A DNA stretch of 63,103 nt, counting the filler, from Octopus bimaculoides (taxonomy: Eukaryota), in the NCBI RefSeq assembly GCF_001194135.2. It is 5 parts of 3 records of this genome, joined end to end, with 100 filler letters (N's around TTAATTAATTAA, not from the genome) between each part and the next. Parts side by side here need not be neighbours in the genome. Positions count along the whole stretch, not along the records: positions 47,695 to 63,103 come from NC_068982.1; 4 more parts are not named here. One strand, 5' to 3'. Numbering within the stretch: position 1 is the stretch's first letter; each line of letters opens with the position of its first letter. The notes beneath the pieces were generated by a model. The model ran no database searches, was not told the DNA's origin, and was given only the letters and a program-made list of their open reading frames with translations. Below, piece after piece: positions 52,680 through 63,103 of this stretch. The position numbers and the translations under genes are program-made.

Positions 52680-54240
52680 AAGGTAATTAAAGATATGAAA
52701 ACGGGGAATGCCCCAGGTCCGTCTGGAGTCACTGCTGGGATGCTCAAAATATCTGGGAAGGTATAATACACACTAATCAATAGCCAGAGACTGGCGTAAC
52801 AGCATAATTGTTAGCTGCTACAAGGGTAAAGGTGATGCAATTATAGAGGCATCAAACTCCTGGGCCGGGTGGTGGAAATTAGAGAGAAGGCCTTCGATAG
52901 AGTACCACACAGTGTGATATGGAGGGCTCTGAGGAGGCTAGGAGTAGAGGAGTAGCTAGTGGAAGCAGTACAGGGGTGCTGTCAATAAGATGAGAGTGTT
53001 CATCAAGGCTCAGTCCTGAGTCTCCTACTTTTCATCATTGTCCTCCAGGCCATAACAGAGAACCTCAAGACTGGAAGACCCTGGGGACTACTATGTGCTG
53101 ACGATCTTGTCCTCGTAGCAGATTCTATATGAGAGCTAGAAAAGAAATTCTAGGTGTGGAAGCAAAACCTAGAATCTAATGGCCTTAAGATTAACTTAGC
53201 AATGAGTAAGGTTTAAATAAGCATGAAAACAAACAGGCCCCAACCCTGTTCTGGTAAGTGGCCCTGCTCAATTCATGTTAGCAAGAATTTCATATGGTGC
53301 GCCCAGTGCAAGCTATGGACACACAAGTGGAATATGAAGGTTATCAGAGAATAGTTTTTGTATGAGGAAGATGCACAGGATCCATAAAAAACTACAGCTA
53401 CTTGGGGAAACTGATTTTCTCAAATGCCCCAGAGGCTCTTTAGAGGTAATGGACAATTTCTGCTACCTAGGAGACCTAATTAGCTGTGGGGGGAGGATGC
53501 ACAGAGAGTGTAATGGCTAGAATAAGAATAGGATGGAGAAAATTCAGAGAGCTTTTACCTCTGTTGGCAACCAAAGGTTTTTCTCTCCAAATGAAAGGAA
53601 GATTGTATGAGGCATGTATATGAACAGCAATGCTACATGGTAGTGAGACATGGGTCCTGAATGTAGATGACATGTGAATGCTGGATGTGTAATATTAGTG
53701 TGCATGTGCTACAGAATGTTAGTGTATTGAGAGAGAAGTGTAAGAGGACTAGATGCAGTGTGCAAGAGAGACGGCTGCACTAGTTTGGTCGTGTGATGTG
53801 GACGGATGCCGACATTTCCATAAAGAAGTGCCACTCATTCAAAGTGGATGGAGTTTGTGGAAGAGGGAGACCCTAAAGACAAGGGACAAAGTACTGGACA
53901 ACCTCAGAACACCGAGCCTTTCAGACGACATGACAAAGGACCAAGATATCTGGTGCCTTGCTGTACTCAAGAAGGCAGAAGTGTTAAGGCCGTTCCCCCA
54001 ATGAAGAGGATCGGCCTGTGATAGACCTGTGCCAGTGCCACATAAAAAATACTGGTGCTGGTGCCATGTAAAAAGCACTCAGCACATTTTGTAAAGTCGT
54101 TGACATCGGGAAGGGCATTCGGCCATAGAAACCAAACCAAATCAAACAGGAACCTGGTGCAGCTCCCCAGCTCTAGTCAAGCCATCCAACCCATGCCAGC
54201 ATGGACAACAGACATTAAAGGTTAACGATGGTGATAATGA
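52680..54240 (+). mobile_element. Decayed RTE-clade LINE (RT to 3' end) with internal deletions
   Basis: GNAPGPSGVTAGMLK, EKAFDRVP, QGSVLSPLLFIIVL, ADDL and CYLGDLISCG motifs; 3'UTR ends in a GAT-like repeat. Confidence 0.85.
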
Positions 54241-55039
54241 TGTACAACTCATTTTGGCCAGCTGGAGCAATGTGAAATAAAGTGTCTTGCTCAAGGACAC
54301 AACACGCCATAAGGAATTGAACTCACGTTGTTATGATTGTGAACTGCATGCCCTGACCACTTTGCCATGCACCTCCACATATAATAGCAAGATTTTAATA
54401 GTAAGGAAACAATGTACTCATAGATATAGGATGGCAGGGGTGATTAGGGCTGGAAGACCATCCTGGGTTACCTAAATAAGATTGATCTCTTATTAAATAA
54501 TAATGATGCCATGTCAAATTAAAAATTTAATTCAAATAAAATAAGAATGTCACAAAAAAAAAATCAAAATAATTCCAGTGACCTGATTAGACATGCCATT
54601 ACCACCATTTAACATCCATTTTGGATGCTTGCACAAGTCAGACAGGATTTGTTGGGGCAGATTCTCTACAGCTGGATGCCCTTCCTGTTGCCAACACTCA
54701 TCTGTTACCAAGTAAGATAATATTTACCCCTGTGGCAAGACAGGTTTACTTGTAAGACTGGAAATGAACAAACAGCATTTCTATGGTGATGATGTTCATT
54801 TGAAATACAACATTAAGAGAACGCACACACACACAAGAGGCTTCCACACAGTCTCCACCTGAAAAATCCACTCACAAAGCTTTGATCAGCATAAGGCTAT
54901 AGCAAAAGATACTTTGCCCAAGATTCCACAGAGAGGGGTCAGGAAACGAACTCCTTAACCAAGCACTCTTATACCTTTATGTCTAGAATCAGTCGGGATG
55001 TCTAGGACAGAACCACTTGCTGTTTCTGAGAGTCTATAT

Positions 55040-55225
55040 CAATGGTTCTCACCCTTTCTAATATCCAGATCCCAAACTTGGACATTAGGATGGGGAGGCA
55101 CACCAAAAAAAGGTAAAACACAAATCAAAGAAAAATTTACATTTATAAAGGGAAGACCATTGGGAGCCGCCAGGAGGGTACTTGAGGGCCACATGCTCCT
55201 TGGGAGCCATGGTTGAGAATCACTA
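55040..55225. mobile_element. hAT-like MITE
   Basis: TIRs CAATGGTTCTCA / TGAGAATCACTA; imperfect TSD GTCTATAT / CTCTATAA, with the same nTCTATAn context as 38016. Confidence 0.7.
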
Positions 55226-57790
55226 CTCTATAACCTTGCACATATAATCTCTCTCTCTTTCTCTCCCCCCTCTCTCTGTCTCTCTCCATATATATTTATG
55301 TGTATCATCAATCTCTATACCCCTCACTCTATAACAAATATTTATTTTGTAAATATATTTTACAAATATCAGTTTATTTTAAACACATGAACTGCAGCAT
55401 TGTTTTATATTTTTAAAACTTAGAAGTCAAACTCAGACCTGAAGTTACCCCTCCAGATTTCATAGGTAACCCATCCCTTCTGGCAGCATTCACTTCAACA
55501 CAACCTTCAGTAAGATTCAAGTCTTAAATATCCAGAAAATGAAAAAAAAACGAAAAAAAACAAATTCAGCTATAAAACAAAACTAAACCCTGAAATAATT
55601 ATCAAATTCTTAATTATGAAGACAAAGGGATTCACTGTCTCTTTAGTACATTTATATCTAAGATAGTTCTACCTTTCAGTGCATCAGGTATGATGTTGAG
55701 GGTTCCAGTTGATCTGGAACCATTCATTTTTGCCAACTGAGTGGAGTAACAAGAAACACAGTATCTTGCTCAAAGGCACAATATTCCATCACAGTCTTAT
55801 CAACACTAGTTAACCGTTGCTTTAACTAAATTAGTTCTTTACTAATTAACTGTTGCTTCTCTACCAACACAAGTCTTTAATACAACACCAGATTGTCTGC
55901 AGTGAATTACCATCCACCAATAAATAACCTCTACAAGAGGAGGCAGTGGGGGATGAGATCCAAAGAAAACAATCTTTTGTCTAATACTGCCAGAATGGTA
56001 CTTTGCTACTTTGTACTTCAAAGATACTCACAGCCACTTTGATACCTGATTCAAAATTTCTAAAGAATACCAAGCGCTTCAGTCACAACTTGAACCTTTT
56101 GACCCCATGAAATATTATTAAAAATTGTATAATTCCATCATCACATGATCAACCAGACTTGTTATGCATCACTGGTCACAATGCGCTTTGCATCATTTTA
56201 GCTTTTGAATGGTGCCACTGCAGTGGTTAGATGAGTGGTCCAACATTGCCTCTGATCAGTCTGCCACAGGGTGGTTACTCATTGACAATTGAGTGGCCTG
56301 GTGCAACATGAAATGAAGTGTTTTGCTCAAAACCACAATGCACCACCCAGTCCAGGAATCAAACCCACAATTTAGCAATTATGAATATAACACCCGAACC
56401 CCTTTTACATAATTCCATTGTATTTTTAGAACTTTGGTGCATTTAAGGGTGTGTTTATATAATATTAAGTAAAATCTTCACTAAAAGGATGGTTATATAT
56501 TCCTGTTGGTTTGTTTTAGAATGTCTGTTGTCAGAGCTTTGTTCTGGTTGAGTCACACCACATGAGAGACTTCTATCATTTTTTTAAAAAAAATATTGTT
56601 ATGATGATGATTGTTGTTGTTGTTGTATCTGGTTGTTGAGAAAAATAATGAAATACATCAAGATGTTGTTAACGCACAAACAAGAAGGAAAATAACAACA
56701 CACACACACACACACATATATATAACACTTACACTATTTTATGCGTGTGTGTGTGTGTTCAGGCATGGGTGTTGTTGCCTCCTAAGAAGTTTGCTTCTCA
56801 ACCACATGGCTCCAGGTTCAGTGCCACTGTGTGGCACCTTGGGCAAGTGTCTTCTAGTCTAGCCCCAGGCTGACCAAAGACTTGGGAGTGGTTTTGGGAG
56901 ATGGAAACAGAAAGAAGCCAGTCGTATATGTGTGTGTGTGTACTTGTATATATGTATTATTGTGTGGTGTGAGTGTGTGCATGTTTGTGTTGTCTTGTTC
57001 TGACATCATGTGACAGCTGTAAATGAGTATCACTGTCAATCGAGCAGTGTCATTCATTTATAATATTCAAGATCATGCCTGACCATGGAGAAATGTCACT
57101 TTAGTTGGAAACAGGTAGAGCAGAACATAGAAAATCTGCCTCAAAAGACTGTCTGACCCATGCAAGCATAGAGAAGTGGTCATTAAAAGGATGACCACAC
57201 AGACACTTGGGCATACACAGAGAGATAACTCTCATTACATCTCATTTTCTTTAAACATGTCATCTTTAAACGCATTCTATTTTGCTAAATAAAATCTGTG
57301 TCACTGCACAGAGAAGATTTCCCATCAAATATAATGTCAATAATGAAACAAAGAAGATATTATTGGAAGACATCTAAGACTGAGAGTCGGAACTAGTAAC
57401 TCTTACATCACTCATTAGTACTCCACATCACTCATTCATGTTTCATTTGACTCCCTAACATTTTCGCTCACACATCAGCTTTTAAGCCTTTAGCACCACC
57501 CCCCCTCAACCACAGTCACCTCAATGATTGCTGCACCTGCTAGAAACTGCAGCCAAATCTCACTTAAGAACTAATGGAAATCAGAGCACTTACTTAACAA
57601 CTGATTTTAATTGGCAGTTGATGATTGGTTGACCATTTCCTCCAAGATAAGCCAGCATTTGGCACCACAAACATTAAAGACCATGAATTCATGGCACCAC
57701 GACAGTTTGGTGACTTTCTTTATTCTATATGTGTGTGTGTGTATTCATACATACACGTATCTATGTTTATGTGTATACATACGCTTGAAG

Positions 57791-57827
<37 letters not shown>

Positions 57828-58089
57828 GTGTGAGAGAGAGGTAGTGATGCAGATAAACAATTAGGCTTTACACACACACACACACACATATATAAAGAGA
57901 GAGAGTATAAAAGGAATAAATTATGCTGGTGGATACCATATTATCTCACAAAATGGTATAGGTGCTGACTATGCACAATGGTCCAATTACAGAATGTTGT
58001 CAATGGGAGAAAGAGTAATAGCTTAAAAGATATACAGAAGAATTTAGAAATCACCTCTAGTGAAGCGGAGTCAAAATTTATTTTTTGAA

Positions 58090-58360
58090 CCCGTTGAAGA
58101 CACACAAGATGTTGAAATATTGTTTACTAGATAACAAATGACACTCTTCTTTAAATTTTGACTCTATATCTTCAGGAGTTACCTCAATCTTTTCTATAAT
58201 AACCAAAATGAAGTAAATTGACAAATTTATTTTTTGAACAATAAATTGAAATTGGAATAAATGTTTTAAAACCATGCTTCAACTGTAATAGCAGAAGAGG
58301 TGATTAAAAGATGTCGAAAGTTCACTAGATAACAATGGCACTCTTCTTTTAATTTTGATT

Positions 58361-58392
<32 letters not shown>

Positions 58393-58549
58393 GATAATAT
58401 TGAGGATATAACCCCAAACATAAGAGAATTACCTCTAAATAAATAACATACTCCACACAGCAAAATGTAAACAAGACTGCTACAATAAATTGAAATTGGA
58501 ATAAACGTTTTAAAACCATGCTTCAACTGTAATAGCAGAAGAGGTGATT
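58090..58549. repeat. Local tandem duplication containing decayed arms of the 61.2-kb foldback family
   Basis: The 68-bp block caataaattgaaattgg..gaagaggtgatta occurs at about 58239 and 58482. actagataacaa..cactcttcttt occurs at about 58123 and 58324. Confidence 0.8.
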
Positions 58550-60179
58550 ATGAGACCAGAATTTCATTGGATTTAACAAAGTAATACTATCACCTTCAAC
58601 TGAATATCAAGGCAGGAAGCGTGTTTGAATGGATTCGCTTTGGAAATGTCTTAAGTGGTGGACCCTTTGATGAAATTGCAGTGACTAGAATGCTAAATTG
58701 CATACAGAGCAGTGTGTAGTTGCTGCAATGGGAGCATATGTTGGTCATTGTTTTATATATGCTGTAGAAAACTTTAATAAAAAAAGTTTTGGATGTGAAT
58801 AAATCTCTACTCTACTCTTCCTTACTAATTATGTGTCTGTGTTTGTCCTGCCACCACTGCTTCACAACCAGTATCGATGTGCTTATATCGCCATAACTTA
58901 GCAGTTCGGCAAAAGAAACCAATAGAATAAGTACTAAGCTTTGAAAAATAAGTCCTGGGGTCAATTTGTTCAACTAAAAAACTCTTCATGGCAGTGTTCC
59001 AGCATGGTCACAGTCAAGTGACTGAAGCAAAGAAAAGAATTTGCAAAACAAAAAAGTCTTGGATATTCAACCAGTAAACATTGGCACCGAAATATAGCAG
59101 AAAGCCTGGTTCCTTGCATCAAGAGAAAGTTGGCAAAAGCCAACTGCATGTATGTAGATATGCATGTGTGTATATATGCATGTGAGTGTATATGCATGTG
59201 TATGTATGTATGCATGTGTATAAGCATGTATTATATATGCATGTGTGTGCATATGCATGCGTATATATGCATGTATGCATATATGTATGTGTGTGTGTGT
59301 AGGAATATATCAGCTGTTCCTGGTAGTTCAACATTTTTCTCTCTTTAAAGACAATATATCCCAACTTTTGTTAATCTTAATGAGTTGCTTAATTTACAGT
59401 TCAAACAAGCCAGTAAGGGAGGTTGTAATGCAACAGCTGGTCAGTGTGCTAGAAACAGCAGCCAAATCACCCTCTAGTTACACTTTTACTGTCTTAGGAA
59501 AGAAAGACACTTTTGCTAATGTGTTCCTGACGTCTACAATAAACAATGGAGAGTCATGGCTGGAAAACCTCTCAATCCATTTGATCAATGCAACACTAAT
59601 ATTAGGACTATTAGTGCTAGTTTTGACAGCGAAATAAGAATTCTTCAAAGTGTTTGATGGTCACCATTCTGTAGGAATCCATTTAGCTTCCCTAATTAGG
59701 TGCAGGCATCATTGTGTGGTAAGAAGCTGGCTTCCCAACCACATGGTTCAGGGTTCAGTTCCACTTAGTGACACTTTTGGCAAGTGTCTTCTAGTATAGC
59801 TCCAGCATGACCAAAGCCTTGAGAGTGGAATCGGTTGACGGAAACTGAAAGAAACCCGTGTGTGAGTGTGTGTTTGTCTCTCACCACAGCTTGACAACCA
59901 GTGTTGATACGTTTACATCCCTGTAACTTAGTAGTTTGGTAAAAAAAAATAAAAAAAAAAAAAAAAAAAAAAAAAAAAGACCATTACAGTAAAAACCAGA
60001 CTTGGAAAAAAATAGGACATGGGGTCAATTCTTCAAGGTAGTGCTCAAATAAAAGATAAAAGAACTAACACAAACAAAAACAAAACAAGCAAATACATTA
60101 TTATATATTTTATATATGTATATATTATGATTATTATTATATATAATATATAAATATAAAAAATATATATTATATATGC

Positions 60180-60212
<33 letters not shown>

Positions 60213-60294
60213 ATATATATATAAATATAAAAAACATATATATATATATTAAAAAACATATATATGTATATAAAAAAAAACAACATATATATAT

Positions 60295-60329
<35 letters not shown>

Positions 60330-60807
60330 ATTTATTATGTGGTAATGTCCACATCACAGTCATCATCATCACCATCATCATTGTTACCACTGGTTATTTG
60401 TCAATCTGACATATAAAACTGCTAGACCTTATTATTAAGGGACGGCAAACATTTTTTCAGACGTTCAAAAAACTAAAAAAAAAAAAATACCTAAAAAAGA
60501 GCTATTATAAAATAGCTCTTGTTGGATTTGTTGATATTTGAACCTTGGAATCATTCATTCAAAAGTCAATGAATCAGTGAGATTAAACGACAGATTATCC
60601 AGTTGTAAGATTATCCAGTTGTAGTCCAGTCAATAAAACCTTGCATTTTATCAAAATTTACCAAATGGTGTTTTCTTGTTTGTCTTCTTCTTCTTGTTAT
60701 TTTTTCACCTCCTCCTCTTTGTGAAATTCCTGTTTTTCTTTTGGCTTTTTATTGATTTATTATTATCATTATTATTATCTTTTACTTCTCAGAGCTCTCA
60801 ATCTCAC

Positions 60808-60872
60808 TTGTTCTGGTTAGTTCCGTGAGAATGGACAGCATCCTGTGGTCAAAGACCTCATACCACCATTTT
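60808..60872 (-). CDS. Candidate 65-nt exon of an unidentified gene
   Basis: tttgtag|..|gtgaga with open frame KWWYEVFDHRMLSILTELTRT. The exit phase is compatible with the 48417 candidate. Splice signals are modest. Confidence 0.2.
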
Positions 60873-60959
60873 CTACAAATTATAAGACTTAGTTAAGCTC
60901 CACGCAGGATGCTCAACACACTCGTTAATCATTGTAATTATAATTATAATTAAGGTGAC

Positions 60960-61192
60960 AAAGGCAGCAAGGTGGCAGAATCATTAGCATGCCAGACGAA
61001 AGGCTTAGCGGCATTTCGTCTATCTTCATGTTCTGAGTTCAAATGCCACCGGGGTCAACTTTACCTTTCATCCTTTTGGAGTCGATAAATAACATACCAG
61101 TTACAGACAGGGGTTGATGTAATCAACGTAATCCTTTCCTCCCAATTTGAGGCTTTGTGCTTCCAGTAGAAAGGATTATTATTATTATTATT
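60960..61192 (+). mobile_element. SINE family A tail-2 with intact (ATT)n tail
   Basis: Ends ccagtagaaaggattattattattatta. Further copies lie at about 14160-14350, 33480-33700, 47810-48030 and 48040-48270 (+), and 25150-25335 and 34440-34640 (-). Confidence 0.85.
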
Positions 61193-61446
61193 AGGAGCAA
61201 AAAGAAGAAGAGTGCCATTGTCATCAAGTGAATAATATTTTGACATCTCGTGTGTCTTCCACAGGTTCAAAAAATAAACATGTCAATCTACTTCATTTTA
61301 GTTAATAAGGACTTACTTCAATCCTATAAATATTAACCAAAATAAAGTAGATTGACACGTTTGTTTCTTGAACCTGTGGAAGACACATGAGATGTTGAAG
61401 TATCATTCACTTGATGACAATGGCACTCTTCTTTTTTTTGCTTCTA
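61192..61446. mobile_element. Foldback (fully palindromic) MITE-like element
   Basis: Arms of about 115 bp (61192-61307 and 61331-61446) are near-perfect reverse complements around a loop of about 23 nt; TA at both ends. Confidence 0.85.
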
Positions 61447-61670
61447 TATCTTTTGGAGGACTTACCTCAGTCCTACACCAGTACCGGAAGTTCCTATCTT
61501 CTACACCAGTACCAAAAGTTCTTGACTGTCTCCCATGAACACTTCTAAAGGCTTCACGCCATTTCCACCACCCCCACTTAGGGTTTATCCCCTCCTATGT
61601 AAGGTGATGATCATTTGGTGCAAAATACGACAGTGGTGTAGTAGATGCAGGCTGAAATGATTGCTACTGA

Positions 61671-63103
61671 TTGTTTATGAATTCTGCAAAATGCGAGCTT
61701 TCTTTTCAGGTACATAACGCTGCTGTTCCCCGCCCCAGGGTCTCACGGGCCCATACCCCCCACACCCTCAGGGTTGGCACTCTGATAGGTAGGTCTGGTG
61801 AGATTGTTGAGATGATTGAACGGAGATGTGTCGATATCTGCTGCTTCCAAGAAGTAAGATGGAAAAGGAGGTTCGCTAGGTTCATTACAGGCAAACAACA
61901 CAGGTACAAGATTTTCTGGACAGGGAACACAGACGGGGTCGGAGGCGTGGGCATACTTCTTGCAGAGAAATGGGTGGATAAGGTAATCGAGGTAGTTAGA
62001 GTATCCAATAGAATACTTAAGATTAGATTAGTCCTTCACCATGGGTTAGCAACCATTATCTCAGCCTATGCCCCTCAGCTGGGGCTACCTGACGGACAGA
62101 AAGACCAATTTTATGACACCCTTCTACAGACTACCTCGTCGACGAATGACAGGGATCTTCTCTTTGTGGCTGGTGACTTCAATGGTCATGTTGGACAACA
62201 TTCAGGGGTCTTCTATGGCGTACATGGAGGCTATGGTTTTGGTTCCCGCAATGAGGAGGGAACCAGGCTGCTGGAGTTCTGTGATGCAAATGACCTTATG
62301 GTCTGCAATACTAACTTCAGGAAACCTGCCAGTCACCTAGTCACCTACCGTTCTGGTAGGCACACTAGCCAAATTGACTACATCCTCAACAGGAAAAGGG
62401 AAAGATGGCTGCTTAGAAATGCCAAAAGCTTCCCAGGCGAAGAATGTACCCCACAACATAGACTAGTAGTTAGTGACTTCAGGATCAGGGCTAAGTGGTT
62501 GCGCAGAAGATGACCAGCTTGGAGGAGAAGGGTCTGGAAGCTCAAAGATCCTGCGAATGGACAGAGATTTAGAGACTTATTACTCGAAACCTTTGACGAA
62601 ATAGAGGGGGATGTAGCTTCACACGATGTAGAAGACAACTGGAGGTTTCTACGGGACAACCTGCTGAGGGTCACTGACCAGATCTGTGGATGGTGCAAAG
62701 TCACCTCTCGACCCAAAATAACGTGGTGGTGGAACACTGTTGTTGACAGGGCTATTAGAGAAAAGAAACAGGCTTGGAAGGACGGGAAGAACGGTGGTAG
62801 CAGGGAATTGTATCAGACTGCCAGAAGGGACGCTAGGAGACAGGTTTATTTAGCCAGAGGGGAAGCAGGTAAGAAAAAATTTGCCAATGTTCTGCAACGT
62901 GAGGACCAAAGACTTGAGGTATTTTGTTGCAAGACAGTGTGTGAGAGAGAATCATGATGTCGTGGGAGAGAAATGTGTCTGCATGGATGATGGTACGCTT
63001 GCACTAAATGAGGCTGCAAAGAAAGAGGTTTGGAGACGCCACTACGAAAGATTGCTCAATAAAGAGAATGAATGGGAGAAAGAGAGTCTGTCGAATGCCG
63101 ACC
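61671..63103 (+). mobile_element. RTE-clade LINE, 5' part (APE endonuclease), young but disabled; continues past the window end
   Basis: VDICCFQEVRW, GVGILL, IISAYAPQ, GDFNGHVG, SQIDYIL and QHRLVVSDF APE motifs; stop at about 62511 and a later frameshift. Confidence 0.93.

Overview
Eukaryotic, AT-rich, microsatellite-dense draft genomic DNA. The repeat landscape (tRNA-derived SINE families, (CA/TA/GATA/AAT)n tracts, Dong/R4, RTE, Tx1 and Penelope fragments) resembles an octopus/coleoid cephalopod genome; this is an inference, not verified. The window is five contigs joined by N-flanked TTAATTAATTAA linkers (9562, 18170, 28711, 47639), so adjacency across those points is uncertain. The only host coding exon I can name is a signal-peptide first coding exon of a C16orf89 (UPF0764)-like gene on the minus strand (9175-8959). 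A few other exon candidates are weak. Almost everything else is transposon-derived: at least three SINE families, three Tx1/L1 fragments, a 3.3-kb Dong/R4-like LINE, RTE LINEs, two Penelope-like elements, and mariner, Helitron, hAT and Tigger relics. Nearly all long ORFs in the supplied track are microsatellite or N artefacts. The most interesting signal is a SINE-Tx1 relationship. Two independent 5'-truncated Tx1 copies are fused at the same point (within about 1 nt) at the 3' end of one SINE family, and a subfamily of that SINE carries a 3' tail resembling the Tx1 3' terminus. No tools were available, so family names rest on recalled motifs and need database confirmation.
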